From a virus: a stretch of 64,000 nucleotides of DNA. Position numbers and translations under genes: made by a program. Each line of letters opens with the position of its first letter. Within the stretch, counting starts at the first letter, position 1. The notes beneath the pieces were generated by a model. The model had not been told where the DNA came from and did no database searches. It worked only from the letters and a program-made list of their open reading frames with translations. The DNA lies in the IMG/VR virus record IMGVR_UViG_3300037493_003528, positions 1-64,000 of that record; one strand, written 5' to 3'. Positions 41,911 through 52,484 of the stretch are shown here, piece by piece.

Positions 41911-42128
41911 TGAATTTTGGATTAGCATTTGAGATGGTGAAACTTGGTAATGGTATGAGATTACCACATTGGAGTTCTGATGTTGTTATACGAGCACAAT
42001 TACCTGATGCAAACAGTAAAATGACAGTTCCATATTTGTATGTTAGCAGTCGACTTGGTTGTGTTCCATGGGTAGTAACTGTAATAGAATTGTTTGCTAC
42101 AAATTGGGAAGTTGTTTCTGTTGATTAA
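41910..42128 (+). CDS. DUF2829 / Thoeris anti-defence Tad2-like protein
   Basis: MNFGLAFE..K.G..MR..W...PYLY...VPW....LFATNWEVV. Confidence 0.75.
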   Translation: MNFGLAFEMVKLGNGMRLPHWSSDVVIRAQLPDANSKMTVPYLYVSSRLGCVPWVVTVIELFATNWEVVSVD

Positions 42129-42141
42129 ATTTGTAAGCATG

Positions 42142-42152
42142 CAAGTTTAGTA
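42142..42152 (+). promoter_or_regulatory. CAAGTTTAGTA motif copy 6
   Basis: Intergenic, 4 nt before ATG 42157, which lacks an SD. Confidence 0.55.
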
Positions 42153-42156
42153 ATGC

Positions 42157-43284
42157 ATGAGAACAAAACTTAGATTACATGTATTAGGTTTAGCTCACGT
42201 CCCTACTCATAGGGACGTGAGTATGTGTGCATACACACAGAAGATTTTGAAGTTTTCTGAGATGATGACAGAATTGGGTCACGAGGTTTATCTTTATTGT
42301 GGAGAGGGTAGTGATGTTAAGTGCACAGAATTGATACAATGTATCACTAACCAGGAGCGTATTGATTGTTATGGTGATTATGACTGGCGCACTGAGTTTT
42401 TCAAACATGATGGTAAAGACTCTGCATACGTAACATTCAATAACAATGCCGTAAGAGAGATAAATAAGAGAAAAGAAAACAAAGATATTCTATGTATCAC
42501 AATGGGAAATTACCAGCAGGTTGTTATTGATGGTACTGGTTTACTTGCAGTAGAGACAGGAATAGGTTATACAGGTACGTGCACAAAGTTCAAGGTATAT
42601 GAATCATATTCTTGGATGCATTACATGTATGGTATTACAAGAGTAAATGATGGACCATCGTACGATTGTGTTATACCAAATTATTTTTATCCTGCTGATT
42701 TTCCATATGTTAAAAAGAAGAAAGATTATTACCTTTACATTGGCAGAATTATATTACGTAAGGGTGTAGACATTGCAGTTCAGGTAACTAAGGAAATTGG
42801 TGCTACACTTATAATCGCAGGACAGGGTACTCTCAAAAATGAGACAGAACATATTGATATTCAAGGGGATCATATTAAGTTTGTTGGTTCTGTTTTATCT
42901 GCCGAACGATCTGTATTGATGGGAAATGCTAAAGCAGTATTTGTTCCAACTTATTACATAGAACCATTTGGTGGAGTAGCTGTAGAAGCCATGATGTGCG
43001 GTACTCCAGTAATAACTAGTGATTGGGGCGCATTTACGGAAACTGTTCTACATGGAGTCACTGGGTATCGTTGTCGTACTATTGATGACTATATCTGGTC
43101 GGCAAAGAATATCAATAAAATATCCACTAGGGCGTGTAGGGACTGGGCAATTAGAAATTTTTCGTGTGAAAGAATTGGTGCAATGTATGAGGAATATTTC
43201 TTTAAGATAATGGATTTATGGAAATCTGGGTGGGGAGAATTACATCCTGAAAGAACTGAATTAAATTGGTTAAGGAAATATTAA
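42157..43284 (+). CDS. GT4 (GT-B) glycosyltransferase
   Basis: GHEVYLY, YIGRIILRKG, EPFGGVAVEAMMCGTPVITSDWGAFTETV. Confidence 0.9.
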   Translation: MRTKLRLHVLGLAHVPTHRDVSMCAYTQKILKFSEMMTELGHEVYLYCGEGSDVKCTELIQCITNQERIDCYGDYDWRTEFFKHDGKDSAYVTFNNNAVREINKRKENKDILCITMGNYQQVVIDGTGLLAVETGIGYTGTCTKFKVYESYSWMHYMYGITRVNDGPSYDCVIPNYFYPADFPYVKKKKDYYLYIGRIILRKGVDIAVQVTKEIGATLIIAGQGTLKNETEHIDIQGDHIKFVGSVLSAERSVLMGNAKAVFVPTYYIEPFGGVAVEAMMCGTPVITSDWGAFTETVLHGVTGYRCRTIDDYIWSAKNINKISTRACRDWAIRNFSCERIGAMYEEYFFKIMDLWKSGWGELHPERTELNWLRKY

Positions 43285-43288
43285 CTTT

Positions 43289-43849
43289 ATGGATAAAAAA
43301 TATTTTACTGAGTTAACCATTGAAGAAACACCGTTTGCTAATAATCTTGGTGCTGCAATCATTGATATATTTGCTCCTAAATCAGTGGTAGATGTTGGTT
43401 GCGCTACAGGTTTGTATCTTAAACCGTTGATAGAGAATAATATTGCAGTTCTCGGGATAGATTCTAGCGGTGTTGCTGTAGAAAATGCAGTTATACCACT
43501 GAAATATTTAGTGAGAGTTAACATCTTGGATCTATCATTAAAGTTACAAAGGAATATGTATGATTTATGTATATGCTTGGAAGTTTTGGAGCATATAGAA
43601 GCACAGTATTCACTAAAAGTTATCAAGAATCTTGTGCAACTATCAGATACAATTATATTTTCTGCTGCACAACCTATGCAGGGTGGGGAGGGACACGTGA
43701 ATTGTCGTCCACGCAATTATTGGGAATCTTTATTCGTTTCCCTAAATTTTTATAGAGATATTGAGAAAGAGATTTTATTGAAGGAAAGGATTCTTAAAGG
43801 AGTATATATGGGATGGTTCATAAACAATTTTATGATATTCATTAAGTAG
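43289..43849 (+). CDS. class I SAM-dependent methyltransferase
   Basis: VVDVGCATG, YDLCICLEVLEHI, FSAAQPMQGGEGHVNC. Confidence 0.88.
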   Translation: MDKKYFTELTIEETPFANNLGAAIIDIFAPKSVVDVGCATGLYLKPLIENNIAVLGIDSSGVAVENAVIPLKYLVRVNILDLSLKLQRNMYDLCICLEVLEHIEAQYSLKVIKNLVQLSDTIIFSAAQPMQGGEGHVNCRPRNYWESLFVSLNFYRDIEKEILLKERILKGVYMGWFINNFMIFIK

Positions 43850-43871
43850 CGGTATATTTATACGACAATAG

Positions 43872-43882
43872 CAAGTTTAGCA
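43872..43882 (+). promoter_or_regulatory. CAAGTTTAGCA motif copy 7 (1 mismatch)
   Basis: Intergenic, upstream of the TS-like gene. Confidence 0.5.
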
Positions 43883-43914
43883 AATTAGACTAAATTTTGT
43901 TATTGGAGGATATT

Positions 43915-45009
43915 ATGAGTTACATAAATTTTACTACGGCTCTCGTCAACGAACTGGGAAATTTGTTGGATGATGGGAAGTTTGTTGATATTGTAGGACG
44001 TACTGGTGTCAAGTCTTCAACACTTGAACTAACTGGTCGACTCATAACCATAGATAAACCTACTGAGCGTGTTATATGCATTCCTCACAGGAATAATAAC
44101 ATATTTGCTACAGTTGCAGAGACTGTATGGGTTCTTGCTGGTCGCAATGATGTTAATTTCTTATCAAGATATTTACCTAGAGCGGTAAATTTCTCGGATG
44201 ATGGTGTCGTGTGGAGAGCTGGTTATGGTCCCAGACTTAGGAATTATGACGGTGTAGATCAGATAATGAATGTTGTAAATATACTAAAGAGTAACCTTAC
44301 CAGCCGTCAGGCTGTTATATCAATATTTGATCCACGAAAAGATTATGAAGATTCAAAAGATATCCCATGCACAAATTGGATACACTTCATGGTGCGTGAT
44401 GGTAAATTACTCATGTCAATAGTGATGCGTAGTAATGATATAATTTGGGGTGCGTCTGGGATTAACTGGTTTGAGTGGTCTGTCTTACACGAATATGTTG
44501 CACAAGCAGTTGGTGTGGATGTTGGAAAAATGACATATTTTGCAGATTCCCTGCACCTGTACTCAGATCATTATGGTAAAGCAGAGAAAATCGTTAAAAC
44601 ATATACATCTAATATGTATACTGCTTTTGGATTCGAGTCTGATAAGTTAGTCGTTGGTGCTGATATGGATGAAATACTCAGTGAGATTCTTGAAATTGAA
44701 GACATGATATCGGTTAATGCTTATGCTAGGGGAGGCATGACAATCTTCTCAGATCCAGATGCTGGTTTACTGGGTCGTTTTCGGGATATGCTTATTTTGT
44801 GGAATTTCATAAAAATTGACGATACATATGGTATCACACACGTTTTGAATAGTATGTATCGTGAGAATGGTAACTTGGATTTGAGGGTTGCTGCGATAGA
44901 GTATATAACAAGAACAAAGGAATTACCGTCGGGTGTTCCAGTTCATCCAAATGAAATCGCATTTTTGTCACAATTTTCTGCTACAAATAAGGTCACGAAT
45001 TTATTGTGA
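43915..45009 (+). CDS. thymidylate-synthase-fold enzyme, probable dUMP hydroxymethylase
   Basis: RBS GGAGG; FSDDG, GYGPRL, SRQAVISI, KDIPCTN, MRSNDIIWG..GIN.FEW, SLHLY. Confidence 0.8.
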   Translation: MSYINFTTALVNELGNLLDDGKFVDIVGRTGVKSSTLELTGRLITIDKPTERVICIPHRNNNIFATVAETVWVLAGRNDVNFLSRYLPRAVNFSDDGVVWRAGYGPRLRNYDGVDQIMNVVNILKSNLTSRQAVISIFDPRKDYEDSKDIPCTNWIHFMVRDGKLLMSIVMRSNDIIWGASGINWFEWSVLHEYVAQAVGVDVGKMTYFADSLHLYSDHYGKAEKIVKTYTSNMYTAFGFESDKLVVGADMDEILSEILEIEDMISVNAYARGGMTIFSDPDAGLLGRFRDMLILWNFIKIDDTYGITHVLNSMYRENGNLDLRVAAIEYITRTKELPSGVPVHPNEIAFLSQFSATNKVTNLL

Positions 45010-45215
45010 TTTATATAACACTTTTCCGTGGTCGGAATCTCCAGGTACACTATATAATACCGTGCATTGTATATAGCTGTGCAAATTTAGATAATAATGA
45101 TAATAGTTATAATAATGTATAATAAGAATCAATCAAAAAAGCTTTATACAATATTACAGTATACTAACGTATACTGTAAATTGTAAGGGATCTCCGATCC
45201 CACAAGGATAATATA

Positions 45216-47177
45216 ATGAATACTTTTCAAAGATTGAAGATGGGATTGGAAATTGGTTTACGAGCTGTTAGGAATGCTAACAACATAGAAACTATTTCTA
45301 ACAGAATTGATGATATGGTCAGTGAAGGCATAATGGAGGAAAAGGAAGCGTTCTCCAACAAGTCATTATTGGATGTCCGTAATACCAAATCAGATACAGC
45401 GTACGCATCTGCATACTATCTCCTCAGAAACTTTGCAACCAAATCAGATGTTATCCCAGAATATGGAACACAGCAGAGAGATATTTATATCTCGAATTTG
45501 TGGCGTAATGAACCTATCTTGGCAGGTGCAATTTATTCCATGTCTGCAAAAATGACAGCTCAGTCCTGGAGGATAGCTGGTAGGAGAAATTCTGCGCAGA
45601 AATTTGCAAAGTTATTTGCTAGATCTGCGCACATTGGTGGTTATGATTGGGGTGGTTTTATCTCATCAGTTGCACAGGATTTTTATACCACGGATCGTGG
45701 AGTATTCTTGGAAACACCACGTGATGGAGATCAGTATAGTCCTATTACTGAGATAGGGCACATGGATGCATTATGTTGCCAGCTCACAGGAAATACTAAG
45801 ATTCCTGTAGAATACAATTCTGAATTGACTGGTCAGAGGATACGCTTTAAACCTGGAGAGGTTATGCACTTCTCGTCGTTACCATCCACCAGAGAAATAA
45901 ATGTTGGTGCTGGATTCTGTGCAGTATCAAGAGCCTTATCTGCAGCAAAACTACTGATGGGATTGCACGATTATGATGCCGAGAAATTGAATAATCTTCC
46001 ACCAGAGGGTGTTGCTGCAGTAACAGGTATGACAATGGACGAGTTTAATGACGCTATTTCTTTATGGATGGCTAAGAGAAAGCAAAATGATTCTCTAACA
46101 TTCCCACAAGTTTTGTGGCTTATTGGATCGCAACCAAACTCTACTGTAGCAGTTAATTTTACAGGCTTTTCACAATTACCAGAATCGTTTGATAGGACAA
46201 CCGTTGTTACACAATATGTTAATACGTTAGCATTATGTTTTGGTGTAGATGTTAGAGAGTTTTGGGCAGTTTCATCTGGTGCATTGGGAACTGCTGGTGA
46301 GTCAGAGATCCAACATTTGAAGGCAAAGGGTAAGGGTGCGGGAGAGTTTATCTCAATTACAGAACGTCACATTAATGGTGAATTGCCAGAGGGTGTAGAT
46401 TTTGAGTATGATACAAAAGATATTGATGAGGATCTGGTTGCAGCTAATACTGCTAAGGCTTGGATAGATGCATTCTTACCACTGTATACTTCCAAACCAG
46501 GAACATCTGGTCCAGTTGCTGGTCCTGGTGCTGGTCCTGGAGGACAGGCTCTAAATAATCCTACTGGTGCAAATGGTCCTAAGCTCAGTCCAGCGTTTGG
46601 ATCCCCTAGTGCACAGCTGAAGAAAGAGGCAATGACTGGAGCAACAGGACCAACAGGCTCCGATCAATCTGGTCCACCCGACAAACAAAATCCAAATGCT
46701 CCACAAAAAGAAGAGGAACCTGTTATAACCAAAAAACAATTACTACGGTTATTAGCGGATAAAGGTGTTTTACCAGATTACATGGTTACAGATGAGCGTA
46801 CGGTTATTGTAGATTCTGATATCCATAAAGAAGGCCATGGGGATGATTTTACAGAATTTGTTTGGAAGGCTGGAATTTTAACAGAGCGTAGGTTACCACC
46901 TATAACTTTGGTTAGTCCTACAGTTGTAGACTTTTCAAAGATAGATGTTTCTATTGTTACAAAATCAGATGATCCAATAGTTGCAGTGGAAGATGTTCCT
47001 GTTGTTAAAAGGAATATTGTCGGTAAACCTATACCAGATCAGGAAGTTGAACGTGGTGTTCGTATTACAAGAGCAGTGATAAAATCAGAAAGTAAGTTGT
47101 GGCGAAGTAATCCAGATTTAAAAGATCATGCATTAACCGTGGAAGAAGAGGATACATACTTAGATGACAAGAGCTAG
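45216..47177 (+). CDS. portal protein
   Basis: First gene of the head module, 653 aa; GFCAVSRA, LALCFGVD; low-complexity C-terminal extension. Confidence 0.7.
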   Translation: MNTFQRLKMGLEIGLRAVRNANNIETISNRIDDMVSEGIMEEKEAFSNKSLLDVRNTKSDTAYASAYYLLRNFATKSDVIPEYGTQQRDIYISNLWRNEPILAGAIYSMSAKMTAQSWRIAGRRNSAQKFAKLFARSAHIGGYDWGGFISSVAQDFYTTDRGVFLETPRDGDQYSPITEIGHMDALCCQLTGNTKIPVEYNSELTGQRIRFKPGEVMHFSSLPSTREINVGAGFCAVSRALSAAKLLMGLHDYDAEKLNNLPPEGVAAVTGMTMDEFNDAISLWMAKRKQNDSLTFPQVLWLIGSQPNSTVAVNFTGFSQLPESFDRTTVVTQYVNTLALCFGVDVREFWAVSSGALGTAGESEIQHLKAKGKGAGEFISITERHINGELPEGVDFEYDTKDIDEDLVAANTAKAWIDAFLPLYTSKPGTSGPVAGPGAGPGGQALNNPTGANGPKLSPAFGSPSAQLKKEAMTGATGPTGSDQSGPPDKQNPNAPQKEEEPVITKKQLLRLLADKGVLPDYMVTDERTVIVDSDIHKEGHGDDFTEFVWKAGILTERRLPPITLVSPTVVDFSKIDVSIVTKSDDPIVAVEDVPVVKRNIVGKPIPDQEVERGVRITRAVIKSESKLWRSNPDLKDHALTVEEEDTYLDDKS

Positions 47178-47832
47178 GGTTGTATACGTTCCAGATGAAA
47201 TTATAACAAAGCAACTTCCAATATCTGAAGAGAGTAAGGGAATTCTGATAGATATTAGACAGAACATATTTGATACAATGGTAAATAATTTATCTGAGAA
47301 AATGTATTCTGGTGATATTTCTCTTGGTCAGTGGGAAGAGTCCATGAAGAATTCTATCAGAGAATTGCATGCTAGTGTATCAGCGATTGCTAAGGGTGGT
47401 TGGGATAATATGTCATCAGTAGATTGGGGTCGTCTTGGTACACCATTAAGAGAGCAGTATAAATACCTTCACAAATTTGCAAATGATATTTCTGCATCAC
47501 GTGATACAATATCATTAGCAAAGATTAAGGCACGTGCACGGTTATATGGTTTGGCATCATCTGGTACTGCAGCATTGGTGGAAGCTGGTCCCATATTTGA
47601 GTACTTACTTCCTTACATGCCGAGGGACGGCTCGACCGAATGTTTGGTTGGATGTAAGTGTAGATGGGTGCTTAATGTTATTTCAAAGACAAAACAGTCG
47701 CAAAAGGTAAGAGCTGTTTGGAAACTATCTGTTGCAGAACATTGTAAAACATGTATATCAAGGAATGAGCACGAGGAAATCTTGGTTATTCCTACAAATA
47801 TAGAAGTACCAAATAACATTGGTGGGTACTAA
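47164..47832 (+). CDS. MuF/gp7-like minor head protein
   Basis: Follows portal; EQYKYLHKFA, ARARLY, PRDGSTECLVGCKCRW, EHCKTC. Confidence 0.65.
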   Translation: MTRARVVYVPDEIITKQLPISEESKGILIDIRQNIFDTMVNNLSEKMYSGDISLGQWEESMKNSIRELHASVSAIAKGGWDNMSSVDWGRLGTPLREQYKYLHKFANDISASRDTISLAKIKARARLYGLASSGTAALVEAGPIFEYLLPYMPRDGSTECLVGCKCRWVLNVISKTKQSQKVRAVWKLSVAEHCKTCISRNEHEEILVIPTNIEVPNNIGGY

Positions 47833-47880
47833 CACATGATTGTTGAAGTTGTCAGGTATATTTGTTTATGAGGATTTCAT

Positions 47881-49299
47881 ATGCCACGTTTTGATAATCG
47901 TATAAAAGAAGTTGATAATGTAGAACTAACGTTGTCACAGGTTAATTCCATTGCACGTATGGCTGATGCAATTGGTGAGGATAAGAATGGTTGGTCTATA
48001 GCAATTTCTAGTTTTAAGAAATCACATAAAATTTCTGGTGGTAAGTGGGTAAAGGATAATATATTAGACAAGGAAATTTCTTCTGCTTATGTCACTAAGC
48101 AGGATAATGGAACTTATTGGATAACTGCCGTATCAACTGCTGCAATAAAAGATCGTGAGGGAGAAACTTTTACAACTGCTGCAATTGATTATGATATGAA
48201 TGTTGCTAAGGAAACTGGAGTTTATCCACAGTTTAGGGTGTTCCATTCTGGTGGTCTTGGAATAGGGCAGGTATCTAAGATGTCCAGAGTTGGTATTTTT
48301 GCTATTGATGAGGGATCGTCTTACAATGATGCCTTTTCTTTGGATGTGTGTGAGAAGATGTTGTCCCGCAATGCAGATGGAAAGTGGCGTGTATCCAGAG
48401 GTTTTAGAGTTCTTGAGGCTTCAGGAATATGTCCAGATTGCGGAGAGGATTTGTTAATCCGTACCAAACACATGGCGATAGGTTTTAGATGTCCCACGTG
48501 TAATTCTATTCAATTGGGATCTAAGGGATCTTTGGGTAACCTTAAATTTCTGAAGGCAAAAACATTTGACATTACGGTAACAGATGTACCTGCTGTGCCG
48601 TGGACAGGTGTTAGTGCATTTCCAATTGATTTATCATATATGGAGGTTGGAATGAATAAAAAAGAATTGCGAACACGGTTACTGAAAGCTGGTTTGGATG
48701 AGTTGAAAGTAGATGAGCGGTTGGAAGGTATCTCGGAAGATACTCTTAAAGAGTTTGACAACATTCCTGAAGCTATACTTCTGAAGGAATTTTCAGCTGA
48801 TGCTGAAGAGTCTGAGACTACCATTGATTCGGATAATGTTTTTACGCTGGATGAAAGTGTCCTAAAGGAATTTTCTAAGATCGTTGCTAAACAGGTATCT
48901 GAAGTCGTTTCTATGCAATTGGATGGTCTGACTGTGGAAGTGGAAGAAGATGAATTGAAGGAAAATTCTAAGATCGTTGAATTGCAAGGTGCCATTGATG
49001 AATTGAAGGAGTTGGTTGAGTTACTAATTGGTAAGAAAACCACAGTTAGTGATGAAGTTGAAACTCCTCGTAACGGTTTGCGTGTCCTGCGAGCTAAGGC
49101 ATTTCCTCCGAAGAAGGATGGTAAGAATAAGTTTCCTCCTGATGAGGAATCCGACGAAGATTCATCTGACGACGAAGATGCCGATAATGCACCAGTGAAG
49201 AAGGTTGCTAAGGAATATGGCGACGATGTTTTGATTGTTGGTGCTAATGGAAAACGAATGAAGAGTATGACAGATTTTGTCACAAGTGGAGGTGACTAA
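47881..49299 (+). CDS. prohead protease (HK97-type) / scaffold fusion with N-terminal ChaB-like domain
   Basis: DREGE, FRVFH, VSRGF, DITVTDVPAVPWT; acidic coiled-coil C-terminus; precedes capsid gene. Confidence 0.75.
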   Translation: MPRFDNRIKEVDNVELTLSQVNSIARMADAIGEDKNGWSIAISSFKKSHKISGGKWVKDNILDKEISSAYVTKQDNGTYWITAVSTAAIKDREGETFTTAAIDYDMNVAKETGVYPQFRVFHSGGLGIGQVSKMSRVGIFAIDEGSSYNDAFSLDVCEKMLSRNADGKWRVSRGFRVLEASGICPDCGEDLLIRTKHMAIGFRCPTCNSIQLGSKGSLGNLKFLKAKTFDITVTDVPAVPWTGVSAFPIDLSYMEVGMNKKELRTRLLKAGLDELKVDERLEGISEDTLKEFDNIPEAILLKEFSADAEESETTIDSDNVFTLDESVLKEFSKIVAKQVSEVVSMQLDGLTVEVEEDELKENSKIVELQGAIDELKELVELLIGKKTTVSDEVETPRNGLRVLRAKAFPPKKDGKNKFPPDEESDEDSSDDEDADNAPVKKVAKEYGDDVLIVGANGKRMKSMTDFVTSGGD

Positions 49300-50660
49300 T
49301 GCCTAATGGATTGATAACTAATGTATTTGATCGTCCTGGTTTGGTTCGTCTGAAGGAGCAGGAACTTGGGAGTCCTTCTACGACCAATATTTATGGTCGG
49401 TATTCCATTTTCAATGAGTGTGCTGCAGGAGACATCTTTGGTCTTCAGGTTCAGACTCATGGTCTGTTGAATTGGATCGGGTGGCGTCCCAATAAATATT
49501 ATCGTCGGCGTGTTGATTTTGTGACATGGATGGGTCCAGAAGGCACTGCTGCTGGACAAGCTGGTAATGGTGCTGGAGCTCCTTGCTCAGATCCTACCGT
49601 TGGTTTTGAATATGGTCAGGGTGGTTACGAGATGGTTCACAAATCCTGGTACCACTTTATTGGTGATCCTTTGGATCCTCATACTGTTGTTCAGGAACGT
49701 TGTGAAACATCCCCACGTTACCGTCTTAATGGTCAGCTCATCAGTGATGATGTTGAATGGCAGATGAACGGTATTATGACTGCCATGCAGCAGAATATGC
49801 GTCGTGACTTGGTCCATGGCTCACATGGTAATGCATATGAAATGGACGGTTTGGAATCTATTATTAAGACTGGTTATGTTGATGATTTCAATCAGCCTAT
49901 GCCTATGGTGGATTCAATCTTGGTAGCTTGGAATGATAATCTGGACGGTCTCATAAATGGCAATGGTAATTTCTTTGACTATATGGATGAAGTTGTCAAT
50001 GAGATTGAGTATCGTGCTACAGCGTTTGGCAGCATATCAGAAACTGATATGGTCCTGGTTACCAGTCGGTTTATGGCTACTTGCCTTTTGGATGCGTATG
50101 CTTGTTACACTACCTGCGGTGTTACCGATACAGGCGATGTGTCAGATCAAGCTTTGCGAGCACAGCAACGTCAATTGCGGATGCAGCTTAATGCTGGTCC
50201 TTTGTATGACGGTGCGTCAGCAGTTGGATTTATTCAGTTGAAATCTGGTAGACGGTTACCGATTATGGTGGATGACACCATGGACATTGGTAAAGCGTTG
50301 TACGGCTGGAATACTGATATCTACCTGCTAACTCGTAAGGTTGGTTCTCTCGACGTGCTTTACGGAGAATTTTTGGATATGCGTGTGTACGAGAATCGCA
50401 TCAAGAAATTTGCTCCTAAATTCACTGCTCAGAGTGATGCAGCTGGACGATTTGTAACTAAGGCGAAAGAAGATAATTGGTGTTTCACCCTCATGCTTGG
50501 TACAAGTCCAGAAGTTTATATTTCTGCTCCTTGGGCACAGGCTCGCATCTCCGGAGTTTCTTGTGCTAAGAAACGTCGTCCTGTGAATGGTGATCCTTAC
50601 CAGATCGAATATCTTCCTGGCGAGGGTGTTCTCTACAAAGCAAAGACTTCCCTATACTAA
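49299..50660 (+). CDS. major capsid protein
   Basis: Follows protease/scaffold, 453 aa; DLVHGS..YEMDGLESII; strong RBS GGAGGTG; downstream hairpin. Confidence 0.8.
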   Translation: MPNGLITNVFDRPGLVRLKEQELGSPSTTNIYGRYSIFNECAAGDIFGLQVQTHGLLNWIGWRPNKYYRRRVDFVTWMGPEGTAAGQAGNGAGAPCSDPTVGFEYGQGGYEMVHKSWYHFIGDPLDPHTVVQERCETSPRYRLNGQLISDDVEWQMNGIMTAMQQNMRRDLVHGSHGNAYEMDGLESIIKTGYVDDFNQPMPMVDSILVAWNDNLDGLINGNGNFFDYMDEVVNEIEYRATAFGSISETDMVLVTSRFMATCLLDAYACYTTCGVTDTGDVSDQALRAQQRQLRMQLNAGPLYDGASAVGFIQLKSGRRLPIMVDDTMDIGKALYGWNTDIYLLTRKVGSLDVLYGEFLDMRVYENRIKKFAPKFTAQSDAAGRFVTKAKEDNWCFTLMLGTSPEVYISAPWAQARISGVSCAKKRRPVNGDPYQIEYLPGEGVLYKAKTSLY

Positions 50661-50684
50661 TATTGGAAGTTTGGTTATTAATAT

Positions 50685-50721
50685 TTGTAGGAGTTTGGTG
50701 ATGAAAACCAAACTCCTACAA
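50685..50721 (+). terminator. 15-bp perfect hairpin after capsid gene (terminator or mRNA-stabilising stem)
   Basis: TTGTAGGAGTTTGGT / ACCAAACTCCTACAA. Confidence 0.75.
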
Positions 50722-50729
50722 GTTTAGTA
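50719..50729 (+). promoter_or_regulatory. CAAGTTTAGTA motif copy 8
   Basis: Overlaps the hairpin 3' end, upstream of the GT gene. Confidence 0.5.
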
Positions 50730-50744
50730 GTGTGAGAGGTGAAT

Positions 50745-52484
50745 ATGGATGATGTTCTTGTCTCTGTTGTTACTGGAACGTATAATCGCATACGATATCT
50801 GAAGGCAATGGTAACAACAGTGCGTAGTTCTATAGGTGTGGGGTTGCCATATGAAATAGTTTTGGTTGATGGTGGAAGTACTGATGGTACACAGGCTTGG
50901 TGTAAAACACAAGAAGATATTGTTTTTATTGAACAGAATAAATTGGTTGGTGCTGTGAAGGCATTTAGTGCTGGATTTGCAAAAGCAAAGGGTAAGTATG
51001 TTATTATTGCGAATGATGATATTGTTTTTATGGATGATGCTATTATTGCAGCAGTTGCCTTTATGGAGATTCACATAGATGTTGGTATTGGGTGTTTTTG
51101 TCAGGATCGTGGAGAGCAGGCTTTTCATGTTGAGTTCATGTCAGCAGTTTTGAATGGACAGTCAATTAGCGTTCCTTATGGACAGGTTTGTATAGTTCCT
51201 AGGGAATTGGGTGATAAGGTTGGATGGTGGGGTAATTATCTTCACACATATGCTGGAGATAATGAGTTATCGTGTAATATGTTGGAATTGGGATACAGGG
51301 TAGAGCCTGTAGAACCATGTGCGTGCGTGCATGATTATGTTGTAAAGGATGATCTTAGAGTTGCAAATATGGGATCCATTGACAATCATCCAGCAACAGG
51401 TCATCCAGATTCTAATGCTTGGGTGAAGAAGTGGACTCGTAATGGAAAGCGTGGTCCTATTATTGGTTCAGTTGGGAAGTATAGAACAGAGTCTGTTGTA
51501 TCACGAGTTTTATATGCACCAATATATGATCCATCAATTAGAACGGATTTGTTGCGTACCACAAAGTATGGTTTACGTGAGGCACTTGCCAGAGAATTTC
51601 ATGTTGTAGAATTAGATTATTATGATAATCCATTGGAGATATTGGATGTAGCTGAGCGGTGGAAGCCAGATATATTTTTATTGCAGTTGCAGGATTCAAA
51701 AGTCTTTAATCTAAATCATCTAAAATATCTTATGTCATACAACAGAAATTCCTTATTCATTAGTTGGAATGGTGATTTTATTTCTGAAAATATATTGGAT
51801 TCGCAATATATGGCTATGATGCAATTGATGCATTTACCATTATTTGTTACCACGTTTATGGAAGAGCAATATAAAGCTGTTGGTATAGATTTCAGGTTTT
51901 GGGAAATTGGTTACGAGGATATAAGAAATCCAGATGACGGTATTCCCACGATGAATACACCTAAGCACGATGTTTTGTTTCTCGGCAATGCTTATTATCC
52001 AGATCGTGTAGAACTTGGTAATGTGCTTAGGTCGCTTAAAGGCATAAATGTTGGTATATATGGAAATTGGAAAAGAATAAAAGCAAATGGTATGAACATC
52101 TACGATTTTGCAGATGGTATGAGGTTATACAGGAATTGCAAGATTGCAGTATCTGATTGCAGAAAGGCAAGAGGGTATGTATCAAATAGGTTGTTTCAGG
52201 AATTGTATGCTGGAGCGTTTGTGCTGCAAAAAAGAATTGAGGGGATGGAAGAACTGATTGGTTTGCAGGATGGAGTTCATCTTGTTATTTGGGATACATT
52301 TGATGACCTGAAGGAAAAGATTGTTTATTGGTTGGATCGTGATGAGGAAAGAAAGAAGATTGCAGAGGCAGGTCAATTATATGTTTCTGTAAATCATTCT
52401 TTTGATGTTAGAGTGCAGGAGTTGGAAGTTATGATGGCACAGCAGAAATTTGTATTTCATACAAAGGGTATACTTGGATTATGA
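50745..52484 (+). CDS. two-domain glycosyltransferase: GT2 plus CgeB/YkvP-like GT-B
   Basis: VSVVTGTYNR, VDGGSTDG, ANDD; DVLFLG, SNRLFQ..GAFVL, IAEAGQ...HSFDVR. Confidence 0.88.
   Translation: MDDVLVSVVTGTYNRIRYLKAMVTTVRSSIGVGLPYEIVLVDGGSTDGTQAWCKTQEDIVFIEQNKLVGAVKAFSAGFAKAKGKYVIIANDDIVFMDDAIIAAVAFMEIHIDVGIGCFCQDRGEQAFHVEFMSAVLNGQSISVPYGQVCIVPRELGDKVGWWGNYLHTYAGDNELSCNMLELGYRVEPVEPCACVHDYVVKDDLRVANMGSIDNHPATGHPDSNAWVKKWTRNGKRGPIIGSVGKYRTESVVSRVLYAPIYDPSIRTDLLRTTKYGLREALAREFHVVELDYYDNPLEILDVAERWKPDIFLLQLQDSKVFNLNHLKYLMSYNRNSLFISWNGDFISENILDSQYMAMMQLMHLPLFVTTFMEEQYKAVGIDFRFWEIGYEDIRNPDDGIPTMNTPKHDVLFLGNAYYPDRVELGNVLRSLKGINVGIYGNWKRIKANGMNIYDFADGMRLYRNCKIAVSDCRKARGYVSNRLFQELYAGAFVLQKRIEGMEELIGLQDGVHLVIWDTFDDLKEKIVYWLDRDEERKKIAEAGQLYVSVNHSFDVRVQELEVMMAQQKFVFHTKGILGL

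Noticed and set aside
48510-49283. 257-aa minus-strand ORF
   Set aside because: Ser-rich antisense shadow of the acidic scaffold region.
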